The notes below the pieces were generated by a model. The model made no database searches, had not been told where the DNA came from, and saw only the letters and a program-made list of their open reading frames with translations. 64,000 bases of DNA, from positions 11,213,675 through 11,277,674 of the forward strand of contig OZ316899.1 in the NCBI GenBank assembly GCA_973895155.1. Reading direction: 5' to 3'. The translations under genes were made by a program, and so were the position numbers. Of the stretch, positions 11,758-23,800 are shown piece by piece. Within the stretch, counting starts at the first letter, position 1. Each line of letters begins with the position of its first letter. Origin of the DNA: Marsupella aquatica. Lineage: Eukaryota; Plantae; Marchantiophyta.

Positions 11758-12947
11758 ATGCCCTACATGCAATGTAATGTGGCAGTGGATATGTCATCCT
11801 CCTCTGAACTATCCAGTAGTGAGTACTCCTCCTCCGATGATGTACCCCCTCCTCCTCAACCTGAGGTTACCGGTCCTCGTGGTCCTCCCCGGAGACTTTG
11901 TGAGTGCACCAGATGTGTGGGCCAAGTTTCTCAAAAATCTTATGTGTGTGCTCAACATATTGAGAGATATGGACGTCACAAGGGTCTTACTCCGGGGGCT
12001 TCTTCATCCCATATGGTACGTGGATTTCAATTGTTTGCCTTTTTTCCCTCATATTTTCATAAGTGAATCAATGTTTACACATATGGTTTTTTGTGGGTTT
12101 TTGCATGGAATAGGGATCCAGTATGCGTAGACCGGTGACTGTACCACCACCCTATGTCCCATCACAAGGAGTTTTAGATGCTATAGGCAATGCACTTTCA
12201 CAAGCCTTGGGTGTAGGGATCAGTACCAATCATGGGACTGAACAGGAACAGTCTCATGTGCCCACTGAGACACAAAGACCCCCGTCCAGGCCCCAGTCCA
12301 AGAGGAAACCACGAGCACCCAATGACCCATCAAGAACACTAGTTGAGGGTAGGTGGGGCATTTGTTCATTCACTGGCAAGTGTGCCTCTATCATCAAAGA
12401 TTGGGATCCTATGACTCTTGGCTTGCCTTATTTTCCCGGTTATGATGAGGAGATTGTGGTTTGGGGTAGACGTTGGATTGTGAAAGCTTCCACACTTGGA
12501 GAGAGACACGGATATGGAGTATTTGCTTGTGAGGATATCATCATGGATGATGGGAGTGGGTCAAGTGCTCGTGGTAGAGAGGGTCCTACTTTGTTCCCAT
12601 ATGGTGGACCCATCTACAAGAGAAGACACTGGAACATGATGCTTGCACAACATCCTGAGTGGAAAACATATGCCCTAGAGATGGATACTTTTCATGGTAG
12701 CACTAGAAGGTATAGTGAGCAGCGGGTGATAGACGGTGATCCAGTACGTAATGGGAATATTGCTGGCTTTATAAATAGTACTGTGGGGACTCGACCCAAG
12801 CATAGGGCCAATTGTGAGTGGGTTTTTACTGATGGCCCAATGCCGGCACCATATGGAACGACATATCATAAGGACCATTGCTTAGTTCTTGCCACTAGGA
12901 CTATTAGAGCTGGAGATGAGTTATTCACACACTATGAGTGGGATTAG
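11758..12947 (+). CDS. SET-domain (lysine methyltransferase-like) protein; exon 1 11758-12015 (CxCxxC..H motif), exon 2 12114-12947
   Basis: Exon 2 has the SET motifs HGYGVFACEDI, PYGGPI, IDG...GNIAGFINST, ANCEW and LATRTIRAGDELFTHY. GTACGT donor at 12016 and ATAG acceptor at 12113 join in phase 0; no stops. Confidence 0.85.
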
Positions 12948-13195
12948 GGAGCCATGTCATACATCCTCTTGTACCTTGTGTGTACTTCACACTTATCATT
13001 ATATACATGTCCTCTGGCCTCATTTTGGATTAGTATAATTTTGGTGTGGCCCTTCACTTAAGTTCTTAATGTGAATGCATGCAATCAATCCTTAAAACTG
13101 ATTGTTAATTTGTCTTGAATGAATGGTCTGAAGTCTGTTTTTGTTGTACCTGGTGAAATATACATCAAGAGGTTTTTTGGTTGTGTCGTGCGTAG

Positions 13196-16100
13196 AATGT
13201 GCAACCATCTTAAAAAATGTTACCACAAAGGTTGAGAGCAGCATATCGGGAGATGGGCATGCCAGAAGAGGGAGAACCATTAGAGGATGATTCCTCATCA
13301 AGTAATGATGTAAGTGATCATGGTGATGAGGAAGCAACACCTCAAACTGATGACCAGGTCATGCATGACCAGGACAGAGCCATGGATGACTTCATGGTTG
13401 ATTGGTTTGGTGTTGATGTTGAAGATGGTGTCCCTGACATTAGTGTTGAAGGAGCTGCCCCCCAAAATGACCCACGACCACAACATACTCCAGAGGGACA
13501 ACAACAATGGAAGGAGGCTGAGGAACATGCCCGGACACCTATCTTTGAGGGTGCTCGGTTGAGTCATTTGTCAGCCATATTGGGGTTGTTGAACATTCAG
13601 GCCAAACATAAGGCAAGCAATTCTATGTTATCAGACATATTTGAATATTGTCATGACCTGATGTTACCCTTGGAGAATGTGTTGCTTGGAACTTGGAAGG
13701 ATGCAAAGAAGATTCTCTCATCCATTGGCATGGATTACCATAGCATTCATGCCTATGTGAATGATTGCATATTATTTCACGGGGACAAAGCCCATATGAC
13801 AGAATGCACAGTATGTCATGAGTCACGATATGACCCAAACATGCTAACCGGGAAGGTGCCAAGAAAAGCAGTTCGTTGGTTCCCCATTATTCCCCGCTTG
13901 TTGCACATGTATAGATGTTCTGACTTGGCCGAGTTGATGGTATGGCACAAGAAGCATCGTTCGGAGCCCGGTGTGATGCGATTACCAGTTGACTCTCCTG
14001 CTCATAAACATGTGGAGTCAACATGGCCAGATTTTGAGCGTGACCCTCGGCATGTGCGACTTGGGTTGGCATCAGATGGGGTTAGCCCTCATTCACTTGG
14101 AGGGAAGGGGAGACCTACATCAGTTTGGCCGGTGGTTCTCATAAATTACAACCTTCCACCATGGTTGTCCATGAAAAAGGGCTTTTTATTGCTATCTTTG
14201 ATTATCCCAGGGCCAAACAAGGTGAAGAACATGGACACCTATTTGGCATTAGTGGTTGAGGAACTCCAAAAATTATGGGACGGAATATGGGCATATGAGG
14301 GTCGAAAGACTACAGGGGGTACCCCACGGGGTTTTTAAACTAAAAGGGGTTTGTATGTGGACCATGCATGACTACCCAGATAAGAACTATGAAACTACAA
14401 CACTTTTTTTTTTACATCCAGCATGATATGATAATGCATGTTATCCCCTCATTTCCATGTGCTAATTCTACATTATGTGTGTCTATACGACCAGGATTTG
14501 GCTTTGTGAGTGGGTTGCAAACCCAAGGCTACAAGGCTTGCTCCACTTGTGGCCCAAGTCTTGGTGATATAGCCAAGTACTCATCACACCTTCACAAGAT
14601 TGTTTATCTTGGGCATACAAAGTTTTTGCCAATGGGCCATCAGATGAGGTTTGACCCACTAGTATTTTCCTCCATTGATATGCCCTTTGGTGATGAACGT
14701 GATATACTAGAGCCAACAACTTTTGCACATTGGAAAGACTTGGCTGATAGAGTGGCAAACCCGGAGGATCCCATGCAATTTGAGGGTAGCGGGTTGACTA
14801 GATGGAGTATATTAACCACTTTGCCTTATTGGGGAGAGTTGAAGATCCGCCATCTATTAGACCCCATGCACATTGAGGGAAATGTGGGAAAGGCTTTGAT
14901 AAAGGCTTTCTATGGAAAAAAGGACACTAACTTCAGGGAGGCTTGTGAGGATCTTGAGATGCATCCAGATGTATGGGTCACAATTGATCCTATCATAGGG
15001 ATAGAACATCGACCTTCAGCCCCATGGGTGCTTCCTGTTGGCCAGAGAAGGGAGTTTAGGAATTGCATAGGAGGCATGCAGTTTCCTACTGGTTATGGTG
15101 CCAATCTCCGGAAGGCCTTTGGGATGGAGGACAATCATAAGTGGCCAATGTATCTCAAGACGCATGACTATCATCGGTTATTGCAACATATATTGCCCGT
15201 GGCCATAATAGGTTTGGCAAGTTCAGAAGTGCAAGATGCCATTTGGTCATTGGGAAAACTATTGAGATGGGTATGTTCTAAGGAGATATACTGTGAAGAG
15301 ATCCCGGGAATGGAGGTACTGGCAGCAGAGGTGGTATGCAAGTTAGAAAAGGCCCTTCCTCCTTCCTTTTTTGATTGCCAAGTGCATTTACTTGTTCATC
15401 TTGTTCATGAGGTGGCCATTGCTGGTCCTGTGCATTGTCGGTGGATGTATTGGTTGGAACGGTACATGGCAGTATTAAAGGGTTATGTACGTAGCCGGAC
15501 ACGGGTTGAGGGAAGCATGGCTACAGGATACTTGGCAGCAGAGAGTATGTTCTATTGCAGTAACATATTGGCCACAATTGATCATACTTCTCCCTATACT
15601 TGGGTAGAGGAGAGGGAAGATGAGGAGGATCGTTTAACAGGTGCTATCAAAACCCGCATGTTGACACCAGTGGAGTTGAAACAACTAACCACATTCATGT
15701 TGAGTAACAGCACTATCATGGAAGAATGGAGGGATTTCTATGAGGATGCCAAAAGTACCAGTAGAAGACCAAGGATCTTTCCAAAGTACCATGACTACAT
15801 GAAGGAGAAGTTGGTTGAGGTGGATGACATGGTAGCGAGGGGAGAGAATGTATTACATTTTCCAGTTATCACAGATGACGTTCGTACCATTGTTCATGGT
15901 CCCCTGAGAATGGTTACAACAAGGATGGCAATGTGGACACAAGGGAGACATTTCAGGTTATTTCCAAGTACCTTAGTAACCTTTCATCTATGGTGATTTT
16001 AATTTATGTGTAATACACCCACATATATTGAAGAGACAATTTTTTGGCATGTGATATTAATTGTTATATGTTTATGCCTATTTTTGTAACATGTCCTTAT

Positions 16101-16608
16101 GGTTTGATGGATTTTAGGGTTTCTTCCCTTGATGAGAAGAGGGGTCATACCTTTGATTGTGGAGTTCAAGGACAATTCTCTCAAGATTCCCGCAGCAGTC
16201 GCCATGACACAAATATTATTCAAGATGTTGTGCCACATGATGGAAAGATAGAGGAGATCCTAGTGATCTCTTATGATCGATGCACAATCAAAGTTTGAAG
16301 AGTATGTCTTCAAGTGCAAGTGGTTCAAAGTGAACCTTGCAGGTAACAATCCCACTGTGCTTCAAGATGAGTGTGGATTTACACAGCTAAAGACATCTGC
16401 CACTAGTTTCCAGCCATCTCATTGGCAAACATCAGAGCCATTCACTTTTCCAAGTCATGTGGAACAATGTTTCTATATTCCATACCCCTTAAACCCAGAG
16501 GAATGGTCACTTGTCATCACATATGTGCCACGATCTCGTTCAGTTGTTGGGGAAAAGCCAGATATTCTGGTTGTGTCCCAACCTGAAGAGGATGAGGACC
16601 AAGGTTGA
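13196..16608 (+). pseudogene. CACTA TnpD/Tnp2 transposase (Transposase_21, DUF4218 and DUF4216 regions), degenerate
   Basis: IHAYVNDCILF, CTVCHESRY, LGLASDG, NYNLPPW, WTMHDYP, LDPMHIEGNV, LKTHDYH, PPSFFDCQVHLLVHL, WMYWLER, FKCKWF and EPFTFPSHVEQCFY. Frameshifts near 14335 and 16290; introns ~14380-14495 (donor mutated to AT) and 15957-16116. Confidence 0.93.
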
Positions 16609-16849
16609 GGGGTATATGTTATGTGGATATATAGTTCGATTTGAACATATGAGGATCTCTCTTCTTGGTTGGAGAAATATGTGTTTCTAAACTATTAATA
16701 AATTTATGTTTGCCCAAATCAATCTTGTAAGTATATCAATTTTAAATGTGGCTTTTTTACATCGTCCATCCCCACAGTCCTATGTACACTCCCACACCTT
16801 TTTGTACACTTTATGAAAAGAAAACTCATGTCGCTTGTAGTCATTCCTC

Positions 16850-17290
16850 CTCGTAGCTTTCCTTCTCCCACCCCCTAGCCTTTCTCTCTAGTACTCGTAC
16901 CCACCTCCCTCCTCCCCTTGTCTCAACCCCTTCCTTTTTAAAACCTATACATGCCCTCAATTTTTTCCACCTTTCACTGTCCTCAACCTATGCTCCTCCC
17001 TCCTTGGCTTGTCCCCCTCCTAAACCTATACCTTCCACCCTCCCTCCCTCCTCCCTCCTTTCCTTTTCCCTCCCTAAACTGTAGGTAGGTACGCTCCCTC
17101 CTCCCTCATTTCCTTGTGCACCCTAACCCGCCCTCCTCCCTTTGTTCCTTGTCCCCCCTTAAGTCAACCCTTCCTCCTCCTTTTCTTCCTAAAGTGCACC
17201 TCCCAAAACTGTTTGTACCTCCTCCCTCCTCCCTCCTCTCTCCTTGCATGACCCTCCTTCCTCCATTCCTTGTCCCATGCCCTTTCTAAA
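16850..17290 (+). repeat. C/T-rich low-complexity repeat (CCTCCCTCCTCCCT units)
   Basis: Many CCTCCCTCC copies downstream of the transposase. Confidence 0.75.
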
Positions 17291-17319
17291 TCTGACCAAC
17301 CCCAAAACCAAATTTCCGA

Positions 17320-17857
17320 ACCATTTTGCGAACCCCCACCCATCTCAACCTCATGGCTACATTAACAATCCCCGTCTCATCACTACATCCCATCCCAACA
17401 CCATCGCTACATTCCGAAGCAACGCGCATCTCAACTTTCCAAAACTCAAGCCTTCTCTAAAGAGAACCACTGAGGTGCCATGATTTTGCGAGCCACACCA
17501 TCTTGCAAAGTAGCGATTCTCTAAGTTTCACTGTATTGCGATTAATTTTGCATCGCACACTGCTTTCCGATTACACACATATTGCAACGTTATTGATGCA
17601 ATCGGCGTCGCAAGTTGTTTGCAAAACGGTAAACATTGCTACTAAGTAGAATGCTCAAAGGTTCAGAAAAATTTTGCAAGATATTTGGTTTTGCAACTAT
17701 TTGCGAAGATGTTGGTTTCGCAAATTGTGGTTGCGATGGTGTGAGTGTCGCAGTTTGCGATGCGGTTTGTATCGCAAGATGAGCCATGAATGGCGCTTTG
17801 CGTTGCGTTTATCCCCTTGTAATTGACCTTCGCAAAAACGGCAAATATGTAGTAGTG
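17320..17857. repeat. CACTA right subterminal repeats and terminal inverted repeat
   Basis: TTGCGA/TCGCAA copies near 17484, 17536, 17608, 17700, 17717, 17731, 17754, 17772 and 17829; terminal TAGTAGTG. Confidence 0.85.
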
Positions 17858-18456
17858 TGTAGTTGTTCCTGGCAACAACAGGGTACTCAAAGTACCATGC
17901 AGACTGGGCTGGAAGGATCCCAAGTCTGACATACTCAAGGTGCAACATCTCTGCCTTGCATGCAAGCCGCACATGTTCAGCGTTGCGGGTCCTCACCATA
18001 AGTGTTGCTTTTGTTGTGATGTCCTTTGTTCACGTCCTTTGATGAGCAAGGCGAGCAGGAGGTCAACTTGCCTTGCCAACAACAACCAACCTAAACACAT
18101 CAGTTCCCACTCACTGACTTGGTTCCAACTATAGGTCACAGTATACACATAGCATGAAAAGTGCATAGTACAGATTTGATGCTAAGTTTCCTAAGACAAA
18201 GAGCTTGCTGATAAACCCATGTTCTCAATGGACATGTATATAAATCATATTTGGATCCTGTTTTTTCATCCAAAAAGAGCAAAAGTCTCACCTTGCAGGT
18301 TGCAGCAGAGAGAAAATTCACTGGTTGTCTAGTTGTGCAAGTGAACCTCCATTGATGCACCCGGTGTAGCCCCTCAAATGCAGGTGACACTTAGCAACTC
18401 CCAAGTTGCCTGGTCTAATAGAAAATGCTTATATCTTCAAAAAGAGTCAACTCTAC

Positions 18457-20006
18457 TGTAAACAAAGAAAATAATTAAATAGAATTGGTAGAGAAACGTC
18501 AAGCAGAAGACAACAGATCAAGTATTTGAAGGGATTAGTAGTAGGTGGGAATGACTTTAGTAAGATGGTTGGAAGATTAACAGTAGAAAGTGTGACAATT
18601 TTGGCCATATGGAGTAAAACCGGATTAGGGTTTTGCTACAAAGGATGCGACACCAAGTTAAGTGATGGCAGAGATTACGCTTTGGGTGTAAAAGCAAGGC
18701 AACGAAGGCAAATGGGAGAAGGACGATTGAATGTTTTCAGTAGAGATCGACTTACTCATATTTGCAAGCCTGTAGGAGAAGGGAAACCTATGTTTAGGTT
18801 TATGATCCGCATTAGGGAAGGGGACTGTCGTGTCTGGAACGAAGCGGGGCAACAACTCTTTTGCATGGATGGTGAGTCTTTCCAACGACAGTTGACAACC
18901 CAAAAGGCTGTTGAAGAATTTTGCATGGGAACTATGTCATCAAAATGGAACCTGATGTTGGGACAAGAACTCGATCAACAACAATGTAATTGCTCGAGGC
19001 TAATCGCCGTTGAACGAGTAATCGTTTTCCGGAACCGGAATGTGAGTAGAATTTTGATGTTGAGAAGTAAAGAAATCATTATGGCACAACCTAGAGATTT
19101 GTTCTTGAATGAGCACATTTTCTGAGGAAGTTTACAGGAAGAGATTGTAATTGAATGCGAGAGTAATAATTGAGAGTGAATGGATTCAGAGACTGAGAAG
19201 ATGGAAAGTTAAAGAAGTGATTGAGTGAGACAGTCTGATAAATTCTGAATTATAAAGAAAGTTAAGCCTGTTGAAGTTACAATCAGAGAATTAGAGAGAA
19301 GTATGTTAAGACGGTCATATTTCGACTGCATGAATGAATGAGGGTCAACTCGCTCAGAGTGAGGATGTTGAGGTGTAATACCTTACGAAATTGAATAAAT
19401 AAACAACTTGTAAGCAGTAGAGTCTAGCTGGAGTTTGTGTGTTTTGAGGACAACCATCTAATTGTTATACACCTCCAGCATAATGGAGTAGTCATTGAAT
19501 TGATATTCTACTTATGAATAGCTTTTCTTGATCTACTTCATTACACACACAATTGATCGACTCCCTAGTGGGTGAATCGATGAGACGATTGGATCTAACC
19601 AGATCACAACCCCGGAAGCATGAGTCCTAACGACAAAGTTATGAAGAACTACTCACTAATTAGACTCAGGCCGATTGAACTGTGGATCTGTTCAATTGGT
19701 TCGCACCTGATTACTTGTTGACTGAGAGAGGAAAGTATTTCAATTTGCATTTTTACTTATCGTGAATGGTGCGGGTTTATAGAAATTGTATACAGGGAAG
19801 GATTAGTGTTAACGGAGTCGATCATACCCAAGAAGTGGAAAGAAGAAGTAGACATTGAAGAACATTCAGCGGAAATCACAGGTTCAGAGTATGAAAATGA
19901 TTTACTAGATTATCCTATTGTTGGACGATTAATTGGTTAATGCAAAAGCAAACGGGTAGATAAGGGTTATGTTGCGTTAATTGCAGGGAAGAACTAGTGT
20001 TTAACA
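18457..20006 (+). repeat. 5' LTR of gypsy A (1550 bp)
   Basis: 19064-20006 matches 30475-31417; followed by TTTT and the PBS. Confidence 0.9.
18565..19125 (+). CDS. LTR ORF1 (RPA70-C-like Zn/OB-fold), gypsy A copy; homology ends near 19040
   Basis: VTILAI...GFCYKGC...HICK...FRFMIRI...WNEAGQQLFCMDG...EEFC...KWNLML, homologous to 43394-44002 and 59581-60074. Confidence 0.7.
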   Translation: MVGRLTVESVTILAIWSKTGLGFCYKGCDTKLSDGRDYALGVKARQRRQMGEGRLNVFSRDRLTHICKPVGEGKPMFRFMIRIREGDCRVWNEAGQQLFCMDGESFQRQLTTQKAVEEFCMGTMSSKWNLMLGQELDQQQCNCSRLIAVERVIVFRNRNVSRILMLRSKEIIMAQPRDLFLNEHIF

Positions 20007-20133
20007 TTTTTGGCAACCATACTGGGGAATGCCTCTTTGAGGGGTTCCATGAGAAGGAAGCTGCTAGTACTTGCAGCCCGAACCAAGAAACAGTTGGAGA
20101 CAGATCAAGAAGTGAGTTCAACAGAAGAAAAAC

Positions 20134-20716
20134 ATGAGTGGGAGGAAGGAATTCTAGACACTATTTTATTTTGATAAAGATGTGGAGCTACCTATTATTA
20201 CGACACTGAATGAGGAAGAGTACAAGACTTTAGTCAGCAAGGGAAGCAACACTAGAAGAGGGGATGTCATACCAATTGCACACACAACCGCGATGCATAC
20301 CGAATTGGTGATACGAGAAGCATGGAATGGAGTGTGGGGAGTCTGTAGATGCGCAACGCATCCACGGTTAAGCCTACACAAAGTCTTCAACAGCAGCGAT
20401 GATGGTACCAAGCAACAGTCTGCCAAAGTACTGCATCCAAAGTCGACTTCCTAAAATGAAGACATAATTAAAGAAAGTGCTGGAGTGGTGTCGATGGAAT
20501 TGCAACGAGTATCCAGTAGCAATTGCAATTCAAATTGGTAGAATTACTAGACAACTGAGCACAAAACTTAAAGAGAATATAGGCGCTTGCAAAAGTTGTA
20601 TGCTATGGTGCAAGGAGGATAGTTTTGAGTACTATTAGTTAGCACAGCTACTAACGATGTGTTTTGAGAAGGAGTTGATGACTCTTGAGGACTACACGCC
20701 TGCAATTAGCGAGTAG
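20134..20716 (+). pseudogene. Leader ORF4 (20134-20454) and ORF5 (20402-20716) of gypsy A
   Basis: Translations align with 33824-34114 and 34101-34415, e.g. LEWCRWNCNEYPVAIAIQIGRI and QLLTMCF. Confidence 0.7.
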
Positions 20717-20887
20717 ATATTGTTCCAATGGAGCACATAGTCTCAGTTAAGTAAAGGAGATGGTATCAATCTTGTATGTACTGAGATCGCAAAATTATTA
20801 TTCAATTACCACAAATTTTTGGAAACAACTTTACAATGAAGTTTGTGAATGGTGATTCTTTAAATCTTGATTAAGTGCAATCAATAG

Positions 20888-23800
20888 ATGGGTAAAACAC
20901 CTATTAGGGAGGAAGAAATGGAAGGTGAATTCAAAGCTTTCCAAGAAAGTAGACCAAGAATAGAAATTGAGGACATAATAGAAACATCCAGAGCACAAGA
21001 GAAGGAAGAGCAAGATACAGAGGATACGATGGAATGACTTAAGATTCAACCTACGGGAGGAAGTAACTTGAGGATAGTGCCAACTACAACACGACGAGTT
21101 AAAATACCGATATTTAAAGGAGCATCAGACAAGGATGCAGATACACACTTGGCTCGATTTGAAGAGATGCTCATAGCTAATCATGAACAGAACGATACAG
21201 CACGATTAGAGCTATTTCCGAGTTCTTTGGACAAGGAAGCATTTGTATGGTACACGCAATTTCCCGCTGATCACTTTAAAACATGGTCTGATTTTGCTAA
21301 GGAAATTCTAGATCACTATAGGAGAGCAAAAGAGGAGTCAGATCTTTATAGTATATTACAAAATATGACTCAAAAGAAGGGTGAACCAGTACAAAACTAC
21401 ATTGGACGATTAAAAGTAACTATGAGACAATTAACAAATAAACCTTCAGATGGTCAAAGGATTAGTTGGATGCGGAAAGCAATAAAAGGGAGTTTAGTCA
21501 TAGTCGTAGAACAAAATCCTACTTCCAATGTAGATGAGTATGAAAAAAGGTTAATACGATTAGAAGGCATCACTCAAATGTTGAATCAGGAGAAAAACGA
21601 AAGTAGTAAAGATGAAGATAAAGTGAGTCGTAAAGCAGAAACAGTTAAAATTGAAAAAAAAAAGATAAAAGAACATCAAGAAAACAGAGAGCAGAATGAG
21701 AGTGGTAACCAAAATTTTGCAAAATCCACATGAGACCAGGACACACCACTCAAGAATGTAACTAAAATCCCTTTAAGAAAAGAACCAACGTAGGGGTCAA
21801 TCATGTGGGAACGAGTAAGCAAGAAGGAGATCGTATAGAAGCTAGTCAAGGTATTACAACCCTGACAAAAATCCTAACCGAAGGCCGTATAAGGAAGGGG
21901 GAGTCAAGTATTCCCCTATTTGCTTTTACTGTCGATTAATAGGGCATATCATAGGCCCAGATTGTGAATTATGGATGAAACACATGAAGGACAAAGAAGA
22001 GGTTGCAGGGAAACCACCAGCACTGGTAAACACAGTTAAGGTAGCAGCCTATGTGGTGACAAGATCTCAGGGACAACTTGGAGAACTAGTACAAGAAAAC
22101 CTTTCAACCGGGAATGAAACCACTTTTGACTGGCAGTGTATGGATACGACAACACACAACGTAGCGAACGGGATTTGTCGTGAACAGCAAAATGAGGTAT
22201 TACCTCAACCAGAATGATTAACACATTTTGAACCCTATGCTGAAGTCAAAACCAAAATTTTGGAAGAGAGAGAACCAGTTAATGATTTAAACTCGGATCA
22301 ATTGTTTGGTAACTGTAACCTACCAACAACACCAGAAGAAGCAAGCAAACGAATGGTGGACAAGCTAGTGCAACTTATATCAAAAACACGAGTAGATCTT
22401 ACCATTGAAGAGTTGTTTCAACTAGCACCGCAATGTAAGGAAGCAGTGTTAAGGAAGTTGGAAGGGAAAACCGCCCCAACAACATTACCGGGAGTACCTT
22501 TATATCAAGCAGGAAAATTTTCTTTAATCAATAAAGGAGCAGTAGTACAAATAAGTGTTAAAGGAATTAAATTAAAGAATGTCCTATTGGACGGGGGATC
22601 TGTAGTGAATCTTATGAGTGAACAAACGTATAGAATGTTGGGAAAAGTGAAATTATTACCGGCACCTTTTAATCTAGTAATGGCTGATCAGAGCAGTTGT
22701 CATCCACTAGGCTATGTGTCGGACTTGCCCATGTTAATCTTAGGCATTAAGTATAATCTGGGCGTAGTAGTACTAAGAGATGCAGATTCAACCATGGGGC
22801 AACCAATGCTGCTAGGCCGGCCATGGTTAAGATAGGCCAAAGTTAAGCAACACTGGGGTGAAGACAAGGATTATATTAAGATCGAACATTGCGGAGAAAT
22901 ATTCAAGATTTGGACCAAAGCCATCGATGATAGTACACCACCCATGGCTAGGGTATGTACACTCAATTGGGCCGAAGGGTTGAATGAAGAAGAAGAAGAA
23001 ACTTATATGAAATGTTGTCCTGACTTGATACCGATTAGTGAAGTAGAAGTAGTTAAGTTGGACGACATACAAGGAATGACCACAGAGAAAATGGATCATG
23101 ATTTGAGAAGTGATTTATTGAATCACATATATCAATCCGCAAGGTATTCAAGATTGCTCTCTGGTAGAAGAAGAAGCTTCTGCAACTTTGAAGAACATTC
23201 CAGAAAAAGTAATTAGTTGGAGTGCCACAGAAGATTAACATACTCAAAGGATTAATTTAGGCGACAATGATAAACCTCGAGAGGTTAAAATTGGGAAGCA
23301 ATTAACTCAGGATATTAAACAACAACTTATTACTTTACTCAAGGAATTTAGGGTCATTTTTGCTTGGGATTATACAGAGTTAAAGGGTATATCGGAGACG
23401 ATTGGGGTGCATCGGATAAGATTAATACCCGGATCTATACCAATACAGACCCAACGGTATCGAATGAATCCAAATTATGTTGAGAAGGTCAAAGAGGAAA
23501 TACAAAGACTACTGGATGCCAAATTTATCCAACCCGTTAATCGTTACACATGGTTATCACCCATAGTGGTGGTATCAAAGAAAAACAAGAAACTCAAGGT
23601 ATGCATTGATTCCTGCAAGCTAAATGTAGCAACTATTAAAGATCAATTTCCTGTACCTTTTCTTGAAGTTGTATTAGACGTCGTAGCGGGTAAATCCGCA
23701 TATTCATTTCTGGATGGTTACAGTGGATATAGTCAGGTACGATTAGCTTTGGAGGCTAGAGAACTAACAACGTTTATCACGGAATGGGGCGCATTCCAAT

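Larger units (their letters stand above)
1..17857 (+). mobile_element. CACTA (En/Spm) DNA transposon, right portion; left end lies upstream of the window
   Basis: Ends ...GCAAATATGTAGTAGTG at 17857 (reverse complement CACTACTACATATTTGCCGTTTTTGCGAAGG), preceded by dense TTGCGA/TCGCAA subterminal repeats. Contains Tnp2-type transposase and TnpA-like genes. No matching CACTACTA left end seen, and the same repeat motif recurs at 1800-2210, so the element probably extends past base 1. Confidence 0.8.

Noticed and set aside
12123-14338. SETMAR-like SET-transposase fusion protein
   Set aside because: The SET frame ends in TAG at 12945-12947 and no donor is evident before it; alternative exons fit better than a fusion.
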